Positions 11,991 to 23,780 of a stretch of DNA of 64,000 bases are shown here, one piece after another; position 1 is the stretch's first letter, and each line of letters begins with the position of its first letter. Source of the stretch: Octopus sinensis (taxonomy: Eukaryota). Under the pieces are notes generated by a model. The model had not been told where the DNA came from, did not search any database, and saw only the letters and a list, made by a program, of their open reading frames with translations. The position numbers were made by a program, and so were the translations under genes. The stretch lies in assembly GCF_006345805.1 (NCBI RefSeq), contig NC_043003.1, forward strand, positions 41,292,001 through 41,356,000. The letters run 5' to 3'.

Positions 11991-12559
11991 GCTTTCGGTA
12001 TCAAATAACAAAAATACTGGCGTTTTTTCGTCAACCGTTGTGTCGTATGAGGTGTTAATGAAACACCTCATGTTTATTTGATTAAAGGACAAGGCTGAAG
12101 ATATTTTAATGCTGTTTCATCAATCGTCACCATATTGTCCTTTCGTCATCAACCGTCCACGCTCCTATTTTCCTTGTTTAATGTGATTAAGAATATTTTA
12201 ATAGAATTTACTGCAGTGCTCCAGCATAGCCGCAATCAAATGGCCGAAACAAGTAAAAGAATTAAGACAAGGAAATAATAATATCCATCAAATAACTTTA
12301 CGTGACTGCAGGCTTCTGTTTCTGTTTCTTTTTTGTGTGGGGGTTGATGCATGCGTGTGTATGTGTGTCTGAATATGTATGCCTATGTGAGTGTGTGAGT
12401 ATTTGTGTGTGCAAACAGTTGGGTTATGTGTGGCACGTGTGTCCGACTTTAAAAGTATGAAGTATGCATGGCTGAAATATATGTGTGTGTGTGTGTGTAG
12501 TTGTGTATGAGCATGTGTGTGTGTGTCTGTCTGTCTGTCTTTCGGTCTGTTTGTATCGT

Positions 12560-12958
12560 TTAGCTTGTACTTGTTTCAGATCTTATTCTGCGACCATGCT
12601 GTAGCATCAGTTTGAAGAATTTTCGTCAAGGGAATCGACGCCAGTACTTATTTTAAAGCCCGATACATCTTCTATCGAGTCGTTTTGCCCTACCACTATG
12701 TTACGGGAGAGAATAAACACACCAATACCGGTTAACGCAGAGAGAAACGCACATCCACACACACACACTCACAAACAATCACAAACATACACGCACACAT
12801 ATATATAGGATGGGATTCTTTTAATATCCGTCTACCAAATCAACTCACGAGAGTTTGAGCCCGAAGCTATAGTAGAAAATATTTGCCCAAGGTGCCATGC
12901 AGTGGGACTGAACCCGGACCATGTAGTTGGGAAACAAACTTCTTACAAGACAGCCATG
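12560..12958 (-). mobile_element. SINE family A, old diverged copy
   Basis: Colinear with family A tail, internal microsatellite and head (tttgcccaaggtgccatgcagtgggactgaacccgga). Confidence 0.8.
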
Positions 12959-13457
12959 ATGGCAGCTATATATGGATACATATGTGTGTGTGTGTGTGTG
13001 TGTATGCGTGTTTATGTGTGTATATGCGTGTGATATGTGTGTGTATGTGCATGTGTTATTCTGTGAAGCGTGTGGATGATCATCATTGTATTGTACGTAA
13101 ATAAGCATGCGTAGATGCATACTCAAGCACACATGTATTGGCACACACCACACACACACACACACACAACACACACACATGTATATAATGGAATGAATAA
13201 AAGACGAATGATTTCATAAATATTCCAACTATTTCGTTATCTATGACCTTTTTAACAGTTCCCATGAATTTCCACCATCATATCAAAATTCTAACATTAA
13301 AAGTTTATAAAAAAAGAGAACCAAAACCAGCCGATACAAATAATAGACTAACACAACAAATATGTAACCCTTTCTCTATTTGTCCATACATGTAAGTATG
13401 AATCAATGTACATATATATTTCTTCTATCCCAAGACTCTGTTAATTTATTATGTATG

Positions 13458-13493
<36 letters not shown>

Positions 13494-13552
13494 TATAATA
13501 TATATATATATAATATATATATGTATATATATATATATATATATAGATAGAT

Positions 13553-13617
<65 letters not shown>

Positions 13618-13620
13618 TAT

Positions 13621-13939
13621 AACTGGCCTCCGTCGGACACGACGACGAGGGAATCCACTTGATCCGATCAATGGAACAGCTTGTTCGTGAAATTAACGTC
13701 TAAGTGGCTGAGTACTCGACAGACATGCATACTCTTAACGAAGTTTATTGGGGAATTCAGCGTGACACAGACTGTGACAAGGCTGGCCATTTTGATATAC
13801 AGGTTCTACTCATTGCTGCCACCTGAGTGGACACTTAAATAAAGTGTCTTGCTCAAAGACACAACGCGTCGCCAGGAATTGAAATCACGATCTTACAGTC
13901 AATCGTGAGCCGAATGCACTAACCACTAAGCCACGCGCC

Positions 13940-13941
<2 letters not shown>
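13621..13941 (-). mobile_element. SINE family D (tRNA-derived)
   Basis: Minus strand begins gaaggcgcgtggcttagtggttagtgcattcggc (A box), then a B-box-like gatttcaattcc, then gagcaagacactttattt, and a distinct 3' tail. Confidence 0.75.
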
Positions 13942-13973
<32 letters not shown>

Positions 13974-14139
13974 ACACACACACACACACATACATATATA
14001 TGAGAGAGGGAGAAAGACATATAAGAAAAATAGAGCTAGAAATAAAGAGGTTTACAGATTAGTTACTAAACTCATTGTAGCTGATAGTACAGTCTTTGAA
14101 ATCTAGTATTCAGCATTTTAATCTTAATGGCCACAAACA

Positions 14140-14800
14140 GGATTTTATAATAAATCCATCGGGCCCTCTAAGTCTGATATAAGTCGCATTATTAAGAGAA
14201 TTTGGGATAATAAATTAGATTAAAATGGAGAATTATTCAAAACTATTTCCTTCGGGAAAATATGATACAGTGGTTTGATAGGTTACAAAATGATAAGAAG
14301 CTGCCCACCTGCACTTCGTACGATTTGATATTACTAGCTATTATTTATTTGAATAAACTTAACTTTCGAATATGGCACATAATTTCGTTAGAAATGCTTC
14401 CAGTTTAACTGAAAATGACTTATTTTTATTGTCTAAAATTCGCTAATCGTCTTTCAAGGAGAATGGTGGACAAAGAAATCTAGATTCGATCATATCGATA
14501 TTACATTTGGCTCATACGATATAGCTCAGGGAATAATTAATTAAATAAATATTTTCCTGAGTTATATGTGTTTGTATGTTTGGCAATGCTATAAATGCAA
14601 CGATTGTTCGAGTTCTTGATTTAGAAGATTCTATAGGAAATGATACTTTTGAAAGTCATTAGCAAGATCTGTAACCTTAATACTGCCGAATTCAATAAGT
14701 TCTTTTCGACATTTTTCAAGAGCGGATTATGTTGTGAGATCTTGTTTCTAATGTATTTGAATAAATGTCCTTTCTTTTTGTCTTTAGTTCGGCAACGCAT
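14140..14800 (+). pseudogene. Highly decayed Penelope-like RT (FDITxGSYD-type lineage)
   Basis: Frame-broken motifs in correct order: INP..KSDISRIIKRI (14150), IQWFDRL, FVRFDITSYY (14315), WTKK...DITFGSYD (14496). Confidence 0.55.
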
Positions 14801-15052
14801 ACTGTCTCATCTTCCTGATCAGGCTGTCATTTTTACGAAGTTATTTTTCTAGGTAGAAAACCTTTTAGGAGATTGTATTCTTCTTGAGTGATATATTGTT
14901 TTTCTATGATGGTTTCATATGTATGTGTTACATCTTCAACAAGAGGGAACAAATACTGGACTTGCTGATTTGGTGCATACGCACGAGAAAACTTCCCACA
15001 AATATCCATCAATTAATTGTATACGTGTGCATTGTTAACAGTGTTCTATTTT

Positions 15053-15255
15053 TCTGAGCTGGCAGAACTATTAGCATGTCGGGCAAAATGCTTAGGAGTA
15101 TTTCAACCGTCTTTACTCACTGAGTTCAAATTCCGCTGTGGTCCACTTTGCCTTTCATCCTTTCGGGGTCGAAAACATAATTACCAGTCAAGCACTGGGG
15201 TCGATGTAATCGACTTACCTCCACCCACATAATTTCAGGACTAGTGCCTATAAAA
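15053..15255 (+). mobile_element. SINE family B monomer
   Basis: gagctggcagaa head, gagttcaaattccg B-box-like motif, tttgcctttcatcctttcggggtcga body, terminal tail. Confidence 0.85.
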
Positions 15256-15344
15256 GTTGCAGGACATGTCATATATTTTTTAAATAGAGATATGTCTTAG
15301 TATTAAGTTAGGATCATAGTTCTATGGCGAGAAACGGAAGAAAA

Positions 15345-15370
15345 TAATAGTAATAATAAAAATAATAATA

Positions 15371-15433
<63 letters not shown>
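15345..15433. repeat. (AAT)n microsatellite
   Basis: Direct reading. Confidence 0.97.
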
Positions 15434-15434
<1 letters not shown>

Positions 15435-15520
15435 CGTTCAAGTTACCACTCACTTATAACGATCGAAGAATCACGTCATTGAGAAGCTGTCCTTTGCAGC
15501 ACACATCTCTGGTTGTGCCT

Positions 15521-15587
<67 letters not shown>

Positions 15588-15870
15588 GGCATTTCTTTCC
15601 TAGCAACTCTATGTCTATATTGATTACGCTACTGTTAATTTATGTATTAGCTTGACATAAAAGCTAGAGGGACAAGCAAGAATGTCTTGAGTTTAATAAG
15701 TTAGGGCTGTTTAGCTCCTGAGTTCAGATAACGACGAAGTCAATTTTGCCTAATCCATTTAAGTAGATGATTCACTATACTCAACAACACGCATCATTCG
15801 AATTTGTAACCTTGTCCCTCTGTTAGCATTTAATATGATGATGATAATGATGATGATGATGATGATGAGA

Positions 15871-15908
<38 letters not shown>

Positions 15909-15910
15909 GT

Positions 15911-15939
<29 letters not shown>

Positions 15940-15942
<3 letters not shown>

Positions 15943-18487
15943 TAGTTTTATTTTTATTTTTATAGCGTGCTTTCACTTCACTACCGAGCGCAGCTCTGTG
16001 TGCCTTGGGTATGTGCTGTGATTTGTTGTGATGCTCTGATGGTTATTGTATGGAAAGTGTTCTGCGTAGGATGTGTGCAGTGCCTAGTAGTGCAATTTTC
16101 TGTATGTTATATGTGTTTGTAAGTCCTGGTGTTTTTGTTATGTATTTGTCTGAATTTTTTTTATCATGCCTAATGCACCTACTATGATAGGAATTGTTCT
16201 GTTTTCAGATTCCACATTCTAGTTACCTCTATTTCCAGGTCTTTGTATTTTGAGAGTTTCTCCATTTCTTTTAGAGACACGTTGTCATCTGCCGGTACTG
16301 ATACATCAATTAGAAAGCATTTTTTTTCTTCATGGTCTCTGACAACTATATCTGGTCTGTTGGCCTTAATTTCTCTATCTGTGTGTATCGGCATATCCCA
16401 GAGTATGGTTGCTTTCTCGTTTTCTGTGACCTTTTCTGGTGTGTGCCTATACCATCTTTTTTCTGTTGTTATTCCATAATGTTGGCATAGCTTCCAATGT
16501 ATGTAAGTTCCAACTCTGTCATGTCTGTGAATATATTCCTTCTTAGCCAGGACTGGGCAGCTAGAGATAATATGATTATTGTTTCTTGTCCATCTCCACA
16601 TATTCTGCAGTTACTTGTAATATTTCTTTTCATTACATGTTTTTGGTAATTTCTGGTGGGGAGGCTTTGGTCTTGTGCTGCAATTAAAAATCCCTCTGTT
16701 TCTGCTTTGAGTCCTGAGCTTCTCAACCATTGCTGGGATTTTTCTTTGTCTATTTCTTTTGCGTTTAGTTTAGTCCAGTATTTACCATGAAGGGGCTTTT
16801 CTTGCCATCGTTTTATCATGGTTCGTTGCTGTTCTATTTTTAGTTTGGATTTCATTTTTTTTATAGCTTTTGTGTGTTCATCTTCTTCTTCTTCTTCTTC
16901 TTCATGTTTATTAGGTGGTATGATTCTTGTTTGTATTTGTCAGCTTCCTTAAATACTGAGAACAGTTTTTTGTTTTGCTCGTGTTTTGCCGCTATGGATC
17001 AGTTTTCCTTCCTTCTGAAGTAGATATTTTTGCAGTCCTATGGTGGTTATTTTATAGTAGTTTTCCAGCTGTATAAGGCCTCTACCACCTTCTATACGTT
17101 GTATATATAGTCTTTCTATGTCAGATTTGGGTGATGCATCCTAGATCCTGTCATTATTTTTCTTGTTTTCCTGTCTATTTTGGTCAGTTCATTTCGTGTC
17201 CAGTTAAGGATATTGTAGCTGTAACTTATAACTGGGACAGCTAAAGTGTTGATACCTATTATCTTGTTTTTAGCATTGAGCTCTGTGTTAGTATTGATCT
17301 AACTCGTCTATAATATTCTTTTTTTATTTTCTCTTTCATTTTGTGTGTTGTGTCTTATCTAATTCATGGATTCCTAAGTATTTGTAAGTTTGGCTTTGGT
17401 CTAATTCTTTTATTTCATTGCTTCATCTAGTGTGATGTTGTTACTCTTAACTAGTTTTCCTCTTTTCATGGTTACTTTGGCGCATTTTTCTAATCCAAAT
17501 TTCATATCTATTTCTTTGGTAAATCCATGAACTGTCTTTAATAGTGTTTCCAGCTGTTTGTCATTTGCAGCGTATAGTTTTAGGTCATCCATATATAAAA
17601 GGTGGCTGATCGTTTTGCCGTAACATTTATATCCGCATCCAGTTCTATTTAGCATATCAGATAGAGGTGACAGTGCCAAGCAGAAAAGGAGTGGAGAGAG
17701 CGTATCTCCCTGGAATATTCCTCTTCTAATGGGGATGTCTTTGGTTTTCATGAGTCCCTCTTTTGTTTGGAGGTGTAGGACTGTTTGCCATTTATTCATA
17801 GAGTGCTCTATGAATTTTATGATTGTTGGTGCTACTTTGTTAATGGCTAGTGTTTCGAGGATCCATGTGTGGGGATGCTATCAAACGCCTTTTTGTAGTC
17901 AATCCAGGCCATACTGAGGCCTTTCTTCTTTCTGTGGCTGTCTTCAGTTATGGCTTTATTAATCATTAGTTGATCTTTACAGCCATATGAGCCTTTGCGG
18001 CATCATTTCTGCTCTTCTGGGAACAGTTTGTATTCGTCCAGGTGCTGTTCAGCCTTGTGATATCACTGCAGTAAATGCTTTGAACATAGTAGGGAGGCAG
18101 GTTATTGGTCTGTAGTTTTCTGGTTTTTCTGTTTCATTTGATTTGGAATTAAGATGGTTTTCCCCTTCGTGAGCCATTCAGGCATTGTCTCTGCTATTGC
18201 TTGTCAGCCAGCTTTTTGTGCATTCCTGTTAGATATTTCAACCAGAAGTTGGGGATCTTGTCATGCCAGGTGCCTTCCAGTTGCTTAGTCTTTGCAGTGC
18301 CTGGGTGACCTCTTCAGTTGTTATGGGGGTCCAAGTTTGTTCAGATGCCGAGTTTGTTATTTTGATACTCCTTTTTTTTGGTGGTTCGTTCGCCGACCAT
18401 ATTTCTCCCCAGAATTCTTCCAATTCTTCTGCCGTTGGTGCTGCAGTGACTTCTATTTTATTTTTGCCCAGTTCTTGGTAGAACTTA
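15940..18487 (-). mobile_element. 5'-truncated non-LTR retrotransposon with restriction-like endonuclease (R4/Dong-like), frameshifted
   Basis: RT motifs NYRPITCL, WIDYKKAFDSIPH, GIFQGDTLSPLLFCLAL, HLLYMDDLKLYA; CCHC knuckle CRICGDGQET..HIISSC; RLE motif RPDIVV..IDVSVP..K..KY; stop at 16043-16045; 3' UTR ending in (AAT)n. Confidence 0.93.
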
Positions 18488-18492
18488 TAATA

Positions 18493-18562
<70 letters not shown>
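18493..18562. repeat. (ATT)n microsatellite at the 5' flank of the R4/Dong element
   Basis: Direct reading; a matching tract lies at 15871-15939. Confidence 0.97.
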
Positions 18563-18563
<1 letters not shown>

Positions 18564-18906
18564 CATCAAGGTGGTGAGTGATGAAATAAGTGCGCTAGAT
18601 GTCTCCCCAAAGATTGTGACCTCGTGCCATATTTAGAAATCATTATGATTATTAGAACGAATAGCTAATTAATTCTTACTTGTAATAGCATTATCGATTG
18701 GATAAATATTCCATCAGATAAGGAAAGAACATCTCAGAAGTCTGAATAATTTATGGTACTGCAAAGATGTACAAGTTGTTCATCAGACTGAAGTAGACAT
18801 TTGAAGTAGAATGTTCAGGAAATCAGGAAATACAAAACGAAAACGATCAGAAATAAAATGAAAATGCAAAATGATTCAGGAAAGAATTAAATAAATATAA
18901 TTATAA

Positions 18907-19184
18907 TGTATGTATGTATGTTTGTATGTGTGTATGTTTGTATGTATGTATGTATGTATGTATGTATGTATGTATGTATGTATGTATGTATGTATGTATG
19001 TTTGTATGTATGTATGCATGCATGTATGTATATGTATGTATATGTGTCTGTACATATTTCTACATTGACATATCTATATTTATGTCTACCTATATGCATA
19101 TGTAAACACGCATGCATACACGCACACATACACACACATATGTATATCTATACATACATAAGCGTATATGTATTAATGTACGTG

Positions 19185-19236
<52 letters not shown>

Positions 19237-19350
19237 CACATATATATGTGTGTGTGTGTATGTATATATATGTGTGTGTATATGTATATATGTATATATA
19301 TATATATATATCTTAATTAGTAATGTGCGTATGTATATATATGTATATAT
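18907..19350. repeat. Compound (TATG)n/(TA)n/(TG)n microsatellite
   Basis: Direct reading. Confidence 0.95.
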
Positions 19351-19376
19351 ACATATATAGATAGACAGATATTACA

Positions 19377-19629
19377 ATTAATAAGTGGAATGACCACTAA
19401 AGTGGATTCCTATACGCTAGACATAGACGTCAAATCGCCTTACTACAAAGAGTGTGTTCTCAAGAACACACTGTAAACTTTCATTCGCCTTTGTAACTTT
19501 TCAGTTATTTTTTTCATCTTTGCGTTTGCTGTTTTTTTCTTCTTGAGAACACACTCTTTGCGGTAAGGTAATTTGACGTCTATCTCTAGAGAATAGGAAT
19601 CCACTTTAGTGGTCATTCCCCTTATTAAT
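19377..19629. repeat. 90-bp inverted repeat (8 mismatches) around a 73-bp spacer; MITE/foldback or inverted pLTR
   Basis: 19377-19466 versus the reverse complement of 19540-19629, aligned by hand at 82/90 identity. Confidence 0.9.
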
Positions 19630-20501
19630 CTCTCTATATAAAACTGAAATGCGTTTTTACCGCTTGGATCGCTTTCAATGCCACTACATCCCGTCCGATT
19701 CGCTCCAAAATTTACAGGGACATGTAGAATGAGGTGACGATGCTCGTGGGCTAATTTAGAAATCACTATCTTAAAAGGTGTGGTTGCTAGGGGTCATCTT
19801 CCTCACTCACGCTATTTCCTCCATTACCCTCTCACTCCCCTTCATAAATAACTTTGACAAGTCACCTACCATTTTTTAATGTAACTGTCTTCCTAAAATC
19901 AATCTCGCTATTTCCTCTCTTTTTCACTCACTCTGTTTCCTACCTTCCCATCACATCGGCGTTCTTTTATGTATCTGTCTGTCACCAACAACACACGAGC
20001 ATGAGAACAAATATTATGAATCAGATATTCTTGCGTTCATTTATATATGTGTGTGTGTGTGTTTGTGTTCTATATATAAATCATCATCATCGTTTAACGT
20101 CCGTTTTCCGCGCTGTGTCTATATATAAATATGTATATATAATGTATGTGTGTGTGTGTGTTCTATATATAAATATGTATATATAATGTATATATACAAA
20201 GTGTATATATCTGTATTTATGTATATTAAGCCTTTTCATACTTTTTCATAGTTATATATATTTTTAAACAAATTATAAATATAATTTAATAATTTTTATT
20301 TTCAATTTAAATAATTTAAATTTTTCAATTTTATATTTTATATATTTTCTATATTATATTTTTTTTATGTTTTTGTTTTTGGTTTTTCACTGTGTGATTT
20401 GCCTATTAGTGGTTTTATCTCTAATTTAATTCATACGGATATATATCTCATTTGTATACATTTGTATATATAATGCGTGCACACACACACACACACACAA
20501 C

Positions 20502-20537
<36 letters not shown>

Positions 20538-21354
20538 AAATGTGTGCATTACGTAGTCGGTCGATTCAGTTGAAAATATGCACACCTATGTTAAAAGTAC
20601 TGGCAAGTTTGCATGACAGCTATTTTTTTCCTCAAATGAAAGGCGTCACCTCTAGAACAAAATTCCTCATCTTATAAAATGTGGCCCCAGTAGACCCGAA
20701 TGAAATCGGGTTATGTTAACCAAAATGTGAAAAGGGGTCTAAATGGGGCTGGAAGGGGATTAAAATTTCAAGGAGCGGCTGTTTAGGAATTCTCTGTTAC
20801 ATCAAGCTAAAAAAATTGCGCCAGCCTTTTAATCGTCAATGTGTTGCCGTCCATGATAAAGAAGTTTTGAATGCTTGGCATGGTGAGTCTATTGTCGTGA
20901 GAAAGAATCACTTCAAAACTTGGTGTTTACGAATTTTCTTTTACATCAAGTTCAAAATTTTACGCCAGCCGTTAAACTGTCAATACGTTGCTGTCCGTCG
21001 TTAAGAAATGCCAGCCATGGTGACTCTACTATCCTCAGATTCTATCCCTTCAAACTTTGGTTTCCAATATTTTATTATTTTTATTCAGCTCGCAAATTCG
21101 TCTGTCCCTTTTAAATGTTAGCGTTTTGCTGTCTGCCTTGAAGCAGACCTTTCCGTTGCCACTGCCTGATATTTATGATTGATCTTTCTAAATATTTTAT
21201 TTCTCAACTTACTCAAGATCTTCTGTTGTTTATAAATGGGAGAGATAGATAGATAAAGATAGAGAGTAAGAGAAAGCGAGGGAGAGTCCGAGAGAAAAGA
21301 AAAGTAAGAGAGTGGGAAAGTGAGAGAGAAAGGAGAGCGAAACAAAGAGGGAGA

Positions 21355-21668
21355 ATCATCATCATCATCATCATCGTTTAACGTCCGTTTTCCTTGCTAG
21401 CACGGGTTGGACAGTGTGACCGGGGTCTGGGAAGCCAGGAGGCTGCACCAGGCTCGAGTCTGATCTGGCAGTGTTTCTACAGGTGGATAACCTTCCTAAC
21501 GCCAACCACTCTGTGAGTGTAGTGGGTGTTTTTTTCGTGCTGCCGGCACAGGTGCCAGGGGGGCTCGCAGCGGCAACGATCGGTTGGTACTTTTTACGTG
21601 CCACCGACACAGAAGCAAGTCAAGGCGGCGCTGCAATCGGCCACGTTCGGATGGTGCTTTTTACGTGC
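21355..21668 (-). mobile_element. RTE-type retroposon 3' end with (ATG)n tail and internal ~63-bp subrepeats
   Basis: Minus strand ends ...ggacgttaaacgatgatgatg; has a ggttggcgttaggaagg motif typical of RTE-related tails; ttttacgtgc-type subrepeat occurs three times. A short tail fragment is also at ~20081-20115. Confidence 0.7.
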
Positions 21669-21848
21669 TGAAAGGAAGCAACAGAAAGTAACAACCACAC
21701 TCTTACCCGCGCGTAGAGCGGGTCACCTTCAGCTAGTTGTAATATAATTTTCAAATCTTCGGATTTATTTTTAATTATAATAAGAGATATGCTAGACCAC
21801 TGGTTTAAATTGATGTTAATGGATTGATATCAATTTCTACCCTCATTA

Positions 21849-21854
<6 letters not shown>

Positions 21855-21916
<62 letters not shown>

Positions 21917-21955
21917 TATATATATATATATATTATATATATTATATATATATAT

Positions 21956-21997
<42 letters not shown>
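21855..21997. repeat. Compound (TA)n-(GATA)n microsatellite
   Basis: Direct reading. Confidence 0.97.
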
Positions 21998-21998
<1 letters not shown>

Positions 21999-22160
21999 CA
22001 TAAATTTCCTCCTTGCCCACGTATTCGAACATACTAAATACGATTGTACATACAAATATTGAATTCAAAATTTGATGTCTTGCTCACATATTATCTTCAA
22101 GAAGTATATTCTTGCAAGATTACCTCCACAGTGAATGATATTTTATTTTTGGGCTATGAA

Positions 22161-22590
22161 TGACGTCAGCAGATAGTAGGGCGCATGCGTTCCAATATGT
22201 CCAGTCTTTGTGCACATCAGCAAATGCACTATTGACTATTATTATATATGAGAATATTCGTTATTATAAACCCGATTCAACGACTCATTTGATTTCCGGA
22301 TCTGATGTGTGATGACAAGGCAGAAACACCTGAATCCTACGATATGACGATGCCGTTCATGGCCAAATTATATGCTTTCACACGTCGTTTATGGGGGGAA
22401 TTTTCTTCCGAGACGTTTTCCACAAGGAAAGACCTTCCTATATCCAAGTGTACTCCAAGTCAAAGAAAATTGTATACATACACACATACTCTCTCTTTCA
22501 CACACATACACACACACAAGCAAACACACTTATTTATCATGCGCTCAAATAAATTCGTTATGAACTCTGTAGTTTATTGTTCTGACGTCA
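22161..22590. promoter_or_regulatory. Two perfect CRE palindromes plus an NRF1-like motif
   Basis: TGACGTCA at 22161 and 22583; GCGCATGCG at 22181; all in non-repetitive sequence. Confidence 0.3.
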
Positions 22591-22889
22591 TCTACTAAGA
22601 AGATCAAAAGACTATCTTTGTGATGTGAAAGCCCAACACGATGTCAACTCACGATTCAGCAAATTACGTTGCTGTTACGTCGCAAGTGTTTTCAAGGAAT
22701 ATATGAAAATTTTAATATTCAGATATGCAGCAATAAATCTCCAAACTATTGTATACTACGAAAGTATAATATTCGGAGATATGCAGCGAGATAAAGAAGC
22801 ATCCAAAGGGTAGTATAAAATACAGGTTTCTATCTTTAATACAAGTTTGTACATAGTCGCAGAGTGTCTATCACTTTGCTATTATTTAG

Positions 22890-23780
22890 GTGAGCTGGCA
22901 GGAAAGGCGGCCAGCCCGCAGAATCATAAACACGCCGGGCGAAATGCTTAGCGGTATTTCGTCTGCCGCTACGTTCTGAGTTCAAATTCCGCCGAGGTCG
23001 AATTTGCCTTTCATCCATTCGGGGTCGATTAAATAAGTACCAGTTACACACTGGGGTCGATATAATCGACTTAATCCGTTTGTCTGTCCTTGTTTGTCCT
23101 CTCTCTGTGTTTAGCCCCTTGTGGGTAATCTTCTAAGACCCCCTTCGGTCATGACTGATCATGAGCTTGCACATAGAAAGCTACTCTCCCAGGTATAAGT
23201 CAGAACAAGGTTGTTTATGGAAGACCAGCAGTCGCCCATGCATACCGGCCTCCCCTCTCTACGCCACCAGTGTTATCCAAGGGAGAGGCAAAGGCCGATA
23301 CAGCTTGGCACCTGTGACGTCGCAACTCATTTCTACAGCTGAGTGAACTGGAGCAGCCCGGTCCAGGATTCGAACTCACAACCTCATGATCGTAAGCTCG
23401 ACGCTCTAACCACTGAGCCATGTGCTTTGTGGGTAATAAAGAAACGTTCTGAGTTCAAATTCTGCCAAGGTCAACTTTGCCTTTCATCCATTCGGGGTCG
23501 ATTAAATAAGTACCAGTTACGCACTGGGGTCGATATAATCGACTTAATCCGTTTGTCTGTCCTTGTTTGTCCTCTCTGTGTTTAGCCCCTTGTAGGTAGT
23601 AAAGAAATAGGTATTTCGTTTGCTGCTACGTTCTGAGATGAAATACTTTCAAGACCCAGTTTGCCTTCCATCTTTCTGGGGATCGATAAATTAAGTACCA
23701 GCTGAATACTGGGGATCGGTGTAATCGACTATCCGCCCCCCCCCCAAATTTCATGCCTTGTGCCTTCAGTATAAAGGATT
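22890..23780 (+). mobile_element. SINE family B multimer (head plus three units) interrupted by a family C SINE
   Basis: gcctt(t)catc recurs at 23006, 23479 and 23663; terminal tail ccccaaatttcatgccttgtgcct. Confidence 0.9.
23130..23426 (-). mobile_element. SINE family C nested insertion with 11-bp target-site duplication
   Basis: ttgtgggtaat at 23119-23129 and 23427-23437; A box ggctcagtggttagagcg and B box gagttcgaatcc on the minus strand. Confidence 0.93.

Noticed and set aside
12047-12071. 10-bp hairpin atgaggtgtt/aacacctcat
   Set aside because: Short enough to arise by chance; bacterial-style terminators are irrelevant here.
13880-13941. tRNA-like heads (also near 23380, 41880, 52500, 58480, 59800) as tRNA genes
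   Set aside because: They are SINE heads continuing into shared bodies; no complete cloverleaf.
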